A DNA stretch of 64,000 bases, from contig NC_042997.1 in NCBI RefSeq assembly GCF_006345805.1, positions 187,054,001-187,118,000 on the forward strand, given 5' to 3'. A program made the translations under genes and the position numbers. The notes under the pieces were generated by a model. It saw nothing but the letters and a program-made list of their open reading frames with translations, was not told where the DNA came from and did not search any database. Positions 37,673 through 51,500 of this stretch are shown piece after piece; the first letter of the stretch is position 1, and each line of letters begins with the position of its first letter. Source of the DNA: Octopus sinensis. Its lineage: Eukaryota.

Positions 37673-38240
37673 GGTTATCCCATAAATAATGTGGATTTTT
37701 TAAATGCATGAACTAAAAGTCAGAGGGGGATGGGATAAATTACCTGCATCAACTTGCCATAAAAGCAGGCAGTAATTTTACCTTGTCCTTATTCTTAGTG
37801 CAAATTTTGTAAAGTACAGTTTGAGTTTAACAGCTATTTTTTCAAAGCTATAATATAAGTGAGAAGGGAGTATATTTGACGAATTTTGCTTTATGAGCTC
37901 AATAAAGGTAACAATGCAACAGAAAGTGTGAGGAATATTAATTCAGTACATGGGGATCAGACAATAAGCATAAGCCAGTGTCAACAGTGGTTGCAGAAAT
38001 TTCAAGCTGGAGACTACAGCCTAGAAGATGAGCCTCGTCTTGGAAGATTTGTTGAAGTCCTGCAAATCCAGGTGGAACAAAATCCTATCATAACTGTTCA
38101 GGAACTAGCAGAGATACATGGATTTGGTCGATCAACCATTCATCAACACCTGCATGCCATTGGAAAAGTCAGCAAATTCGGTCAATGGGTTTCTCACAAA
38201 CTTTCCAAGTCTAATCGCGTGCAGAGAGTAAATATGTTAT
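37673..38240 (+). pseudogene. mariner transposase relic, N-terminal HTH region, 3'-truncated
   Basis: ORF 37886: LYELNKGNNATESVRNIN...WLQKFQAGDYSLEDEPRLGR...HLHAIGKVSKFGQWVSHKLS (WVPHEL-like). It is cut by a TA tract. Confidence 0.88.
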
Positions 38241-40130
38241 ATATATATATATATATATATAGTCTGTTTTGACTTGGTTTCTACAACCACTCCATAGAGT
38301 GTACTGGGTGTCTTTTATGTGTCACTAGCATGGGTGCCTCACCCATGTCACTGGCTCTGACCACAACTACAATTTCACTTAGCCTCATGAGTCTTCTCAA
38401 GGACAGCAAATCGCCAAAAGTCTCAGTCACTTGTCATTGTCTCCATGAGACTCAACATCCAAAGATCATATTTCACCACTTCTTCCCATGTCTTCCTGGC
38501 TCTACCTCTTCCACACGTTCCCTCCACAGTAGGAGATCAGTATTTGCACACACAACAAAGTACACATGGGTTGACTCCTGAGGCTACTGTAAGCATAAGG
38601 TAGTAGCAGTCACAGCCTTGTGATTGGAAGTGACGCCAACAACAACAAAAAATTAATTATAACAAGATGATACCTTCTTTCATATAAATTCCAGTTCTTT
38701 TTGGAGTTTCAAGTAACAACTAGTTGGGTCTAGACAGTCAGTACTTTTGGTTCTTCTGGAGATTTTTATCATTTTTTTCAGAAGATGGCAGGGATCCTAA
38801 AGTGTTGTACTCTGAAATATAATTTATGGTTGGAACAAAAGACGAATACAATGTATCATTTCAGTTGATAATGTTTACAGTCTCTATCTTTTTGGCAAAG
38901 AAACCAATGACAATTTAGCTGGAAATAGTACCATCTTATGAATTCAAAATGAGTGGAGGACAATGTGTCTTGTTTAAAAAGATAGCTAAATGATTGAATC
39001 TATGAGCTAATAAATTCAGCACCTTAATTGGTCATTGGACATATTCTCATAAAAATAATTTTAAGAAAGTAAAATTGAGAAGACACAGTTCTAATTCATT
39101 ATAAACTTAATTCAAATTGAAACTTGCTTTTGTTTTTTATTATTCGTTGTCAGTGAAATTTTATCTGTTTTTAACTTTTGTTTTAGCTATGAGAATTGAA
39201 ATTTATTGGCATGCTAGTACCATTTACTATTGTACAAGATGCCATACTGTCTGCTGTTTCTACAACAATATTTGTTTTGAGAACATGTTACATCAGATAT
39301 TTACAACTAAAATTATTTCTTTCCTTTGTGCGTATGCATATACTTGTGGATGTATAATACATCTGTATTTGTCTCAACAATTTCTTCACACTGTTTAACA
39401 TTTTCCATTTTACACCGAAACCCAAATTATCCACTTACAATTTATGTCACTACATTTAGCATGTTTTACAAAACAAGAAGCCATATTTCTTAATTAGTAC
39501 ATTATTGTAAATACTACTATTATTACTATTGTTGTTGTTGTTGTTGTTGCTTGTAGTATGTCATGGTAAATGGCACATAGAAAATAGGTTTCTGTCAGAT
39601 TACCAAGATCAAGGATTGAAAATACTTAAGCTATAGTTGTGTGACTAATAGTCAAATGATACAATAATTTATACTGTATTATGATTAGGTTTGTAAAACT
39701 GTTCCACTTGCACCACACACATAAATAAAATTCCTGGGAAGTACTTTGTACATCCAAAAGAGCTAGTTTGTTATTTAAGGAAGCAAGAATTTTTAAAAAG
39801 TCAAATACGAAAATAAAATAGACGGAAAATGAGAGTTTATTCTTTTAGAGTAAATGTCAAATTTGCAAAAGTATGTATGCCAGCAAAGGAATGCTTACAA
39901 ACTGATCACCTTGTTATAGGGTCAGCGTTACGCACTAGAAAAACTAGGCAATAACCTTTGGTACTAAAATTGTTTATACCGCAAATAACATAAAATTTCT
40001 TCATCCGATTAAAAACCTAAAAACTTAGTAATGAAGTGCGCAAGTGAAGTCATGCCTGGAACAAGGGGTGGATTACATGGGTAACTTGAGAAACGTCTAT
40101 GGTGTTATGATCAGTCACAGTACTGGACAT

Positions 40131-40569
40131 ACTCTTTTACTCTCTTACTTGTTTCAGTCATTTGACTGTGGCCATACTGGAGCACCGCCTTTAGTCGAGC
40201 AAATTGACCCCAGGACTTATTCTTTGTAAGCGTATTCTATCAGTCTCTTTTGCCGAACCACTAAATTACAGTTGTCAAGCAATGTTGGGGGGACAAACAC
40301 AGACACACAAACATATACACACACACATACATATACATATATACGATGGGCTTCTTTCAGTTTCTGTCTACCAAATCCACTCATAAGGTTTTGGTTGGCC
40401 CGAGGCTATAGTAGAAGAGACTTGCCCAAGGTGCCATGCAGTGGGACTGAACCTGGAACCATGTGGTTGGTAAGCAAACTATTTACCACACAGCCACTCC
40501 TATGCCTATACTTACCACACAGCCACTCCTATGCCTATACTTACCACACAGCCACTCCTACGCCTATAC
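40131..40569 (-). mobile_element. Family C SINE with triplicated 5' end
   Basis: Full consensus; a 29-bp unit occurs three times at 40483-40569. Confidence 0.85.
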
Positions 40570-42937
40570 TTGAAATATTTCTAATTTTGCTTAGTAGCAG
40601 ATTTAATCAATGATATGTATGATTGTGAAACTAAAGGTTTCTTTGCAAGTCAACTACAATTTTCAGCTGCATTTTCCAATAGGTGTAATGAGGGTGTCAA
40701 CTGGAAGAAGTTGTAGAAAAAATGTTTCCATGTTTGCATGGATCAGACAAAATCTGTCCAGGCAGATTTTCTACAGCTAGATGCCCTTCCTGTTGCCAAC
40801 CCTCTCCTATTTCCAAGCAAGTTAATGTTTGTCCATTGTCATACAGGTTTTTCATGGAAGACTGGAAATGAACCACATTGCTTATATGATGGTGATGCTC
40901 ATTTGCAAGCATGATGTCGAAGCAAGGCTACATACAGTTGCACACACACATTGTAATTACATACACATATATATATCTATACACACACATGTACACACAT
41001 ATGCATTCACACATTTACACACACACATATGCTCACATATACAAACACACATGTACACACACACACACACACATGGAGGCTTCATTCAGTTATTGTTTAT
41101 CAAATCCACTGACATGGCTTTAGTCAGCCTGAGGCTACAGTAAAAGACAGTTGCTCAAGGTGCCATACAGTGGGACTGAACCCAAGACATGGTTGGAAGC
41201 AAGTTTCTTAACCACAGAGCCAAGCCTGTCCATGAGTATATAACACATAATGACAAGGTGTTTACATCTGTTGAATACATTCAGTATAGCATTGAAACAA
41301 AACCCTTAATGTACCAGTAATTTATTGCTATGTTAATCTACACCAATTCATTTTAAGTTTTGTTTAGCCCACCTCTATTTCAATGATAATCCATCATTGA
41401 TAGATACCCATGTCTATACACCATCTAAAGACACTTCTTAGCCTACTTCTCATCATTCATTCTTATTTCATGTTCATTCTACCAAAATTTTCTCAGGAGT
41501 AAGAAGTAATATATTTTGTGAAATTTCCTCACACGGCAAGGATTATAATTCATCTTGTTTATCACTAACCTTTCAGGAACCTTCATTGTCTCCTGTCTGA
41601 GGTACATTGCTGTACAATGTTTTCTAACACATCACACAGCACAAATTCACAGAAAACAACTGATCAATGTTATTTTAGGAAGAAACTCTCTAAAAGTTTC
41701 ATTTATTATAAATTTTACTTTTAAAAAGCATTTCCAAAATATTTATATTCACTTACATTTCCTTCTGTATATTGAATCACAGGATAATATTTAGCAATAT
41801 TTTCTAACAGAAGAGAATCTGAATTTAATAAAAAGTAAAAGGTTATTTTACAGGATTCTGAAGAAATTTTTTTTGAAGATGATATTAAAATATCAATCCC
41901 AAGTGTTTATATAACAATATTTTCAGCTTGCATTTAAGCATGATTTTTTAGTTAATGTATTTGTATTTATGAAACTGTTAAATGCATCTGTCTACACACA
42001 TTTTCACTATTATATATTGAATATCATTCATTTATTTCTTTGTAATATTTTTAGAAAATTACTTTTGCTTTTTACAAAGCTAAGTCAGTGAGAAATTATA
42101 ACTTGGAGAGGTTTTATTTTTATTTGTAATGCTTAATCAAGGAGAAGTGACTGCATTCGTGACCTTCACAAGACATTGATGATGTTAGTGTTTGTTCATC
42201 TTGAACAACAGCAAGTCAATAATAGCAGGAAAAATAAAAAGGACGTAGATAAGGAGGGAATTCTGGACAACTGATGCTCTGTGGAGGAAGGATTACAAAG
42301 AAATGGTACGGTAATGCTAGGAAGTGGGAGGGAAGACAGTATGTGTGACAAGAGGGGAGACATGTGTATTGGGTGGAAATTATACACCATCGTCTAGCTC
42401 CAAGGAGTGAAGAGAGCAAATGTATGTGGGTTAGAGGTAGAAGTGTACTGGTAAGCGATTGTAACTCTATGCCAATCAGTCAGGTGGCTTTCTGCCAAGT
42501 ATATTTTCTTTATTACGTTTTTTTTTTCATTTTAAAACAAAGGAAAAGAAATGAAAAATATAAACTACTCACTCAATTAGAGACATTTTCTTCAAACTAT
42601 TGAACTTTATTTCCTTAATTTTGGAGAAAAACAAAATAAAAAACAACTTTTCTTTTGCAAGAAATATTACTATTTTGGCATTTGATTGATTTAATGAGAA
42701 AATATCTTTCATAAATATTGACTGAAATCAAATCTTCCACATTAAGCATTCCACTCTTATAAAGTGAAAATAATTGTCGCTCTGTTGTTTGCGATTTACA
42801 TGAACAAACAAAGCAGCTGATTAGCTGATTGTATGTATAATTATTTACAGCCTCTCATGTTCATAACTACAGAAGTAATAATAATAATAATATAATAATA
42901 ATAATAATAATAATAAAAATAATGATGATGATGATAA

Positions 42938-43150
42938 TCCTTTCTGTTATAGGCACAAGGGCTGGTTTTAAGGGGAAGGGTTAGGTCAGTTACATTGACC
43001 CTAGTGCTCAACTGCTACTTAATTTATTGACCCCAAAAGGATGAAAAGCAAGGTCAACATTGGCAGAATTTGAACTCAGAATGTAAGGACGGGTAAAATA
43101 CTAATTGGCATTTCGCTTGGCATGCTAATGATTCTGTCAGTTTGCCACCT
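42938..43150 (-). mobile_element. Family B SINE
   Basis: Family B motifs on the minus strand. Confidence 0.7.
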
Positions 43151-43264
43151 CTAATAATAAAAATAATACTAACAATAATAATTCCTTCTACTATATGCAT
43201 AAGGCCAGATATTTTAAATGAAGGGGTTAGTCAATTATTTTTAGTATTTATATCTGCTCTCTCT

Positions 43265-43681
43265 CTCTCTCTCTTTTACTCTTTTACTTGTTTCAGTCAT
43301 TTTGACTGCGGCCATGCTGGAGCACCGCCTTTAGTCGAGCAAATCGACCCCGGGACTTATTCTTTGTAAGCCCAGTACTTATTCTATCGGTCTCTTTTGC
43401 CGAACCGCTAAGTGACGGGGACGTAAACACACCAGCATCGGTTGTCAAGCAATGCTAGGGGGACAAACACAGACACACAAACATATACACACACACTTAT
43501 ATATATATACATATATACGACAGGCTTCTTTCAGTTTCCGTCTACCAAATCCACTCACAAGGCATTGGTCGGCCCGGGGCTATAGCAGAAGACACTTGCC
43601 CAAGATGCTACGCAGTGGGACTGAACCCGGAACCATGTGGTTGGTTAGCAAGCTACTTACCACACAGCCACTCCTGCGCCT
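43265..43681 (-). mobile_element. Young full-length family C SINE
   Basis: CpG-rich and close to the inferred consensus from head (GGCGCAGGAGTGGCTGTGTGG) to GTAAAAGA tail. Confidence 0.9.
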
Positions 43682-44015
43682 CTGTTTTTTTTTTTTTGTC
43701 CTTTTATAAAGTATGGAATAAATTTTCTGGGACATAATTTCTCTCTGTTTTTCTGAGTGTGGCTTACAAGCTGGCAAATATAGTAGTCTCATAGGTTGAA
43801 ATATAAGTACCAAAATGCAAAATTTCAAATCGATGCCATGATTTTGGACTAGGATGTATTGATTTACTAACTGAACTATCATTAAAATTCTCTTGGCTTA
43901 AAATTTACTGAATAAGAATTTGGCATTTGCTACAGCATCCTTAACTACCAAGATGTGTATTTATTGTTGTTATTATTATAACTTGAGGAAGTAAGGTGGC
44001 AGAGTCATTAACATA

Positions 44016-44180
44016 GGCGCAGGAGTGGCTGTGTGGTAAGTAGCTTGCTTACCAACCACATGGTTCCGGGTTCAGTCCCACTGCGTGGCAACTTGGGCAA
44101 GTGTCTTCTACTATAGCCTCGGGCCGACCAAAGCCTTGTGAGTGGATTTGGTAGACGGAAACTGAAAGAAGCCCATTGTA

Positions 44181-44259
<79 letters not shown>

Positions 44260-44488
44260 GTGTGTGTGTGTGTGCGTGTATGTTTGTGTGTCTGTCCACC
44301 TAGCATTGCTTGACAACCGATGCTGGTGTGTTTATGTCCCCATCACCTAGCGGTTCGGCAAAAGAGACCGATAGAATAAGTACTGGGCTTACAAAGAATA
44401 AGTCCCGGGGTCGAGTTGCTTGACTAAAGGCAGTGCTTCAGGATGGCCGCAGTCAACTGACTGAAACAAGTAAAAGAGAGTAAAGAGT
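44016..44488 (+). mobile_element. Young full-length family C SINE
   Basis: Same family, inverted relative to 43265-43681. Confidence 0.9.
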
Positions 44489-45739
44489 ATACCAGACAAA
44501 ATGTTTAACAGCATTTCTTCTGTCAAGGTTAACTTTGCCTTTCATTCTTTCAGGGACAACAAAATAAAGTACCAGTGATAATGGTATTGACTTCTACTTC
44601 CTATTAAAATTGCTGGCCTTGTGTCAAAATTTGAAATCATTAACACAGCAATTCAGCTGGAAGAATTATTAGTGCATTGGACAAAGTGTTCAGTAGTATT
44701 CCTTCTGGCTTTTAACATTCTGAGTGCTTTGTCTTTAATCTTTGGGGGGTCGATAAAATAAAATTAAGTATCAGTTGAATACTGAAAAAAATTCATTAAA
44801 AAATATGAGGAAACAAAGTCGGCAAGGGCACACATGTATTTATATTGAATATACACCATTGAAACCAACCTAGGAACCATTAACTTCAAAAAAGAAAAGC
44901 AAAGCATTATGACAAATGGTAGTGTTTTGGAATAACTATTATTATTTCACAGGGGATGATAAGGGCATGGAATTGGTGGTGAGGTGGGTGGTAAATATAA
45001 AAACATTGAAATTTTTTGGGAAAAAATTCTTTGAGAGCAGACTTTGGGAATAGCTGTCACACATAAATCGGAATTTCTCCGTTTTTTTTTTATTTTATTA
45101 AATTTTTTTTTCAGGATTTTATTTGTGCAAAACATGATGAAGGAATAGGGAGGGTTATGAAATTTTTTTCTCTAAAAAATGCAGATTACACATGCTTCAA
45201 AATATGGAATACTATAACATACCAAAAAATAATGGAGATGAAAAAAAATCATTCTAGTGGTTGTTGTTGTTGTTTGAAGGCACAACGGAAGGAGTGATAC
45301 ATTAGAAAAACAAGGATTTAGGGAAAAAAAAACTTCGTTAATAAGTAATCCACCCAGCAGTATTTTGAAATGTGGGATGCTTCAAAATGTGGATAAACCT
45401 TGGTTAGTGGGGAAGCAGGAGAAATTCCATGTTATGTGTGACAGCTATTCTGTAAGACCACTTCTTTCAAAATCCTAATTCTCTGCAATACAAACATTTA
45501 CATTTTCCAATATATGATAGTTTCTAACATAGGGACAGAACCTGAAATTTGATGAAGTAGGTTATTCACTACCATCGACTCTACTTCTATTCAAGAACTA
45601 TATTTTATAGATGCCAAAACAAAGAAAGGCAAAGTTGACCACGGCAAGATTTGAACTCAAAACGTAAAGAGTTGGAAAAATACCGCAGCACTCTAATGGT
45701 TCTGTCCATTTTGAAATAAAATCCAATGTTTTTGAGATC

Positions 45740-46160
45740 AACCACAAACGTGTTGTTGGCAATTTTTTTTTTTTTTCCATTTTTTGGGGGGACTTTTCCC
45801 TTTCTTCTTTCTGATGATGAGCTATGCTTGAAATAACAAACTCTCTCTTTTCTCTCTTTTCACTGAGCATCAAACTAATACATTCCTTGTGCACATCCTC
45901 TTGTTGTCTGTTAATCTTATTCGTTTATTTTTTAATTGATTGTTTATTTGAATTGACTATAATATATGTGACCGCATGTGTATCGTTGGCGATATTTTTT
46001 CCTCCGTCTTCCCTTCCTTGGATCTTTCCTTTTTCTATGTTTCTGATGAAGCGCTCCACTCAAAACGTTAAATCCTCCTTCTTTCCTTCCTTTCCTGAGC
46101 GTCCAATAACACTATACTTGCTCCACATCCTCGCCTTGTGTTTTCTCTTTGTGTTTTATA
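45740..46160 (+). mobile_element. Two diverged tandem ~230-nt units, each with a hammerhead-like motif
   Basis: TTTCTGATGA at 45808 and 46040 (232 nt apart), with homologous flanks (GTTGGC upstream, CTGAGC...CACATCCTC downstream). Confidence 0.6.
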
Positions 46161-48607
46161 TATATATATATATGTGGAGGCGCAATGGCCCAGTGGTTAG
46201 AGCAGTGGACTCGTGGTCAGAGGATTGCGGTTTCGATTCCCAGACAGAGCGTTGTGTGTGTTTATTGAGCCTGCTTAATGATTAGGTTTAGTTCAGTGTG
46301 ATGAGTGAAATGACCAGTATTTAGGCAACAAGATAGACTATGAAAGCCTGTGGGATTGAGGGGCTAGTCATGTCCTTGCTTATGTTTCTCCTTTTATCAT
46401 GGAGCTTGCTTATTTTTTACTTGATTCAAGTACTGGCTTGAAGGGTTTCAGTTAAACGAATTGACCACAATACTTATTTTCTTCAAACTGGTATTTATTG
46501 TTTCTTTTTTTTTTTACTGAACAGCTAAGTTGCAGGGGCATAAACGCACTAACATGGATTGCCAAGTGGTGGTGGGGGATAAACATAAAGAACATATACA
46601 CACGCGCGTGCACACACACACACACACACACGCACACATATATATATGATGGACTTCTTTCAGTCTCTATCTATCAAATCCACTCACAAGGTCTTGGTTG
46701 GCCCAAAGCTACAGTAAAAGAAACTCGCCCAAGTTATGATGTAGCGGGACTCAAGTTTTGGATGTTTCCTGAGACAATCTGCCACTTTTCAAAGGTTTTG
46801 CTTCTTTTATGTAAATGACTGGGCAACTCTGAAATGAGTTTCTTAAATATTGACATTTTGAGAATGCTGTAAAATCATAAATGATGTCAGAAAATGAACT
46901 ACAAATAGTTTGAAGAAAGAATTCACCTTTAAACTTATAACCTAATAACAATGTTTCAATGCAAGTATAAGCTTCAAAGGTAAATTTTAACATGTTTATA
47001 GAAAAAAAAATGTGAAATTATAATAGAATAGACTTGGAAATGATTTAGTGTGCGAAATGCTATAATTTGTTTGGGTATGTATATTCTAAAGCATTATAAT
47101 TGTGGAGGTTACAGATTTGGGTGGAGGAGCAGGTTACCCTCTTCTCTTTTCTGTATTTTTTTAAAGGTTTTACTTTTTAGTGATAATTTTATTTTAATTT
47201 GCATGATTTTGAAGAAACATAAACACAGATGTTTAGTCTGAAAGAAATTTTCATAAGAAAGCCAAAACTGAAAATTTACAGAAATGCCCACACCCCAAAG
47301 TGTGCAGATTCTAAAAATCTATGCTGTAGATCAGCAGAAATTACAGTTTTTGATACACTAAATAATTTCTGTTGTATAGGAGAATGCTAAAAATGCACCT
47401 AACTGTAAGTAACAAGTCATAAAACTGTCCTAAATACACAAATTATTACTCTTATAATTCAAATTTTTCAGTAGTCATTGAATGGTGGATGAATAGACCC
47501 ACGTATTTCAGCATTCAGCGTGGATATTTAGAAACAGGATACTCTTTTGAATTAAATATGAATTAGCTTCTGATAACACATTAACGAAAGATAGAATTTC
47601 AAGAAAATTAGGCCATTTTGTGTTACGTAGGTTTTAGGGGATGAGCTGTATTTCAATCCTATTTACAGTCAGTGAGGGTGATCACAAAATGATTCTTATT
47701 CAACGTAATAATCTTTCCTTTGATGCTATGCAAAGGTGCGTGAAGTAGTTACCTTAAAGGCCACCTGAAGTCAAAGAGACATAACAAAGACACCATAACA
47801 TTATGTATTCTACTCCACCCACTGTTATAATAAATACATCTATAGATATAATATGTCTGAATAGAAACAAAAATGTACATACATGAATATTTAGAAATGA
47901 GTGTCTATTTGTTAATGTATAGGAAGCAGAGAAATAAAACACTCGTCAGAATTGTTCGGGTCGTTTCAGGTATGCATAAGTTGAAGTTTTGATTCCGAAT
48001 AATTTGACAGGATATAGTTTTATAATAACCGTCTTAGTCACTGATTTATTTGAAATTTGTCCTTTGTTTTCATTGCTGTGAGTTTTCCGATAATTTTCAT
48101 GATTAAATAGTGAGTAGTATATAGTTTGTTTCGTGTGAACTATGCAAATAGTGACATTAATTCGGCAACATGATACAAATGAACAGACGGTCATTTCAAA
48201 AGAAATGACAGATCTAAATCAAACTTTACATGCATTAGATAAAAGTTTGAGCGAAAGAAAGATCACAATTATGATAATTTCTCTGAAACATGCAAATAAT
48301 AGTCATTTAGATTCAGTCGTGTAAGTCCAAGATATTCATCCAAATCTTAAATGATGAGATTTAAAAAGATAACACCTCTGTATAAGATGGTGTCCTCTAA
48401 CTTGGCGAAATATCCAGCTCACAGATGAAATAACATTTGCAGTTGAGGCAAAATTGTTTAAATACAAATAAAACATTGATTTTCTGGACCTTTGTTTCCA
48501 AAGCCTTTCTGGATAACTGAATTTTCTGAACCAGGGGTGGTTACTTTGGTCAACACATTCTAAGTTAAACAAATATTAAATTTATTCAAATAATTTAATG
48601 AAATACA

Positions 48608-48837
48608 TATTTCTTTACTACCCACAAGGGGCTAAACAAAGAGGGGACAAACAAGGACAGCCAAATGGATTAAGTCGATTATATCGACCGCAGTACGTAA
48701 CTGGTACTTAATTTATCGACCCCAAAAGGATGAAAGGCAAAGTTGACCTCGGCGGAATTTGAACTCAGAATGTAACGGCAGATGAAATACCGCTAAGCAT
48801 TTTGCTTGGTGTGCTAACGATTCCGCCAGCTCGCCGT
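48608..48837 (-). mobile_element. Full-length family B SINE with 14-bp TSD
   Basis: TTTAATGAAATACA at 48594-48607 and 48838-48851. Confidence 0.9.
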
Positions 48838-49055
48838 TTTAATGAAATACAGGTACCTGTACACTAGTATAAAGGATACCAGTTTATTAATGTTGTACTA
48901 TGCAAATTACAATTAAACTAGAATTTGAATTTCCTGCTTGTAAATTAGTGCAGAATGTAAAAGGTTCCAAACCATTAATGTCTGGCAAGTCAGAATGATC
49001 TGTAATAATTTCTTTTCACTATTTTCTGATGGGAAAAAAGTATAGTTTCATTTAA

Positions 49056-49276
49056 CCCTTTAGCATTCAGATTATTCTGTCAATTGCAATGCTTATTAAC
49101 TTAAATTGTTTTGAATTAAACATGCATTTTCATGTAGCTTCAAGATTTCGATGATGCAATTGTTTATTTGTAAGAATGACATTATAGGGTCTGTGTGAGA
49201 GGCTGGATCTGGCCAATTTGAACATAAAACAAGTAGAACATTTCAGCTGGATATGGCCGGTTTAAATGCTACAGGG
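49056..49276. mobile_element. piggyBac-type MITE, family 2
   Basis: TTAA|CCCTTTAGCATT...AATGCTACAGGG|TTAA. Confidence 0.85.
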
Positions 49277-49650
49277 TTAATGATCCTCAGTTATAGTGAT
49301 ATCATTGAATTCACCAAAAGTTGAACTTAAAAAGCAAAGATGATGGAAGTTTAAAATTTGGGTATTGCCAAATATCTACTATTTCAGTTCTTTACTGGAT
49401 ATATTATCATATATTTTAATGAGAATTTTATTGGGGCAGAATACAGTGAGGGTTCAACAAGCATGTGTGACATTCTTCTCTTATTATCCACTGAAAGAAA
49501 TAAAAGACATGAGACATGTGATTTTATGGATACTGGCCAGATGACAAGTGTTATGAATCTTCTGGTGAATACACAAATATTTGCATCTATGTCAGTGTGT
49601 AGTGTTATCTATCTGTCTGTCTGTCCATCCGTCCGTCCGTCCGTCCGTCC

Positions 49651-49691
<41 letters not shown>

Positions 49692-49698
49692 TCTCTTG

Positions 49699-49734
<36 letters not shown>

Positions 49735-50145
49735 ATCTCTCTCTCTCTCAATCTATCTGTCTATCTATCTATCGATTGATTGTGTTTGTGTATTTTTTAA
49801 AATTATTTGTGAGGCTACAGAAGATACTTAGGGGCTTAGAGCTTCATGCAAAAGAACTTTACATGAAACTCTCAGCCCCTAAGTTACTTTCATAGCACCA
49901 CAGCTAATAAATAATACATATATATATACAGTCTGTTTTATGAGTAGGGTTCTATTCTTCCCATCTGTAAAAACAAATTATATATAGCATTCTGTATATC
50001 TTACATAATGCTGTAGAAAGCCTCAAAAGTGATATACGTCTTGAGAAATCAGTTTGTATAAGCATACAGTGCTACACACGTATGTGTGTAGTTAAAATAT
50101 CTCCAGTAATGTGTGTACATTGAAGTTTTCAGATTTATATATTTG

Positions 50146-50553
50146 CTCTTTACTCTTTTACTTGTTTCAGTCATTTGACAGTGGCCATGCTGGAGCACCG
50201 CCTTTAGTCGAGCAAATCGACCCCAGGACTTATTCTTTGTCGGCCTAGTACTTATTCTATTGGTCTCTTTTGCTGAACTACTAAGTTATGGGGACATAAA
50301 CACACCAGCATCGGTTGTCAAGCAGTGTTGGAGTGACAAACACAGACACACAAACATATACACATACATATATATATATACATATACATATATACAACGG
50401 GCTTCTTTCAGTTTCCATCTACCAAATCCACTCACAAGGCTTTGGTCAGCCTGAGGCTATAGTAGAAGACACTTGCCCAAGGTGCTACACAGTGGGACTG
50501 AACCCGGAAACATGCGGTTTGTGAGCAAGATACTTACCATACAGCCACTCCTA
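50146..50553 (-). mobile_element. Family C SINE
   Basis: Full family C layout on the minus strand. Confidence 0.85.
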
Positions 50554-50667
50554 CATTTCTTAACTTTTGTAATTTACTTACACATACATGGTTTTAGAGC
50601 TAAAAAAATTCAACTCATATCATAGTTTCAATTCCTAGTTGGAATCACAGCATTTACATAGTCTTAG

Positions 50668-51066
50668 GGATGAGATGGTGACTGCACTCCAGAAATAAGA
50701 CGGCGGATAGTACTAGGCAGAGAGGCAATGGTCAGCATGAGCAGGGTCTGGAAGAGTATAGACATCAGACTCACTACCAAATGCAGATTGGTGAATGCAA
50801 TTGTCTTCCCAATAGCAACATATGGATGCGAGACCTGGACACTAAAGAAAGCTGACCAGAAGAGAATAAATAGGACATCATGCTCGGAATGGTCAGTGGC
50901 AAGAGAGGAAGAGGCTGAGCAAGAACCCACTGGCTTGACATCATCAAGAGTGATACCAGAATGGACATAGCCAATCTGAAAGAAGCAGCCCGGGATAGAA
51001 CTGACTGGAAGACACTGATCCATCGAGTAACCGAGAGCCGACTTCGACTGAGCGGATAGATAGATA
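50668..51066 (+). mobile_element. RTE (BovB-like) LINE 3' fragment with internal deletion
   Basis: DGDCTPEIRRRIVLGREAM...VFPIATYGCETWTLKKADQKRIN, then GKRGRG..WLDIIK...AARDRTDW...VTESRLRL*, followed by a (TAGA)n tail. Confidence 0.85.
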
Positions 51067-51500
51067 GGGATTGGCATATAAGTAACAACTTCGTTTTTTT
51101 TTTCCATAGATGTTGTAATTTAATGAAATATAAAATCATAATTATAATATTATAATAGAATAATTTACAGTCGTAAGTAACAAAGTAAAATGATAAAAGA
51201 TGCAGCCATGGGTGTGTGGTTAGGAAGTATGTTTCCCAACCTCATGGCTTTTGGGTTCAGTCATGCTTTGTGGCATCTTGTACATGTCTTCTACTACAAC
51301 CATGGGCCAACTAAAGCCTTTTGTATGGATTTGTTGATGTGGAAACTGAAAGAAGCCCATTATGTATGTATGTATGTATGTATGTTATGTACGTATGTAT
51401 GTATGTATGTATGTATGCATGCATGTATTTATGTATGCATGCATGTATTTATGTATGTATGTATGTATGTATGTACGTACGTATGTATCAATAGTTATTC

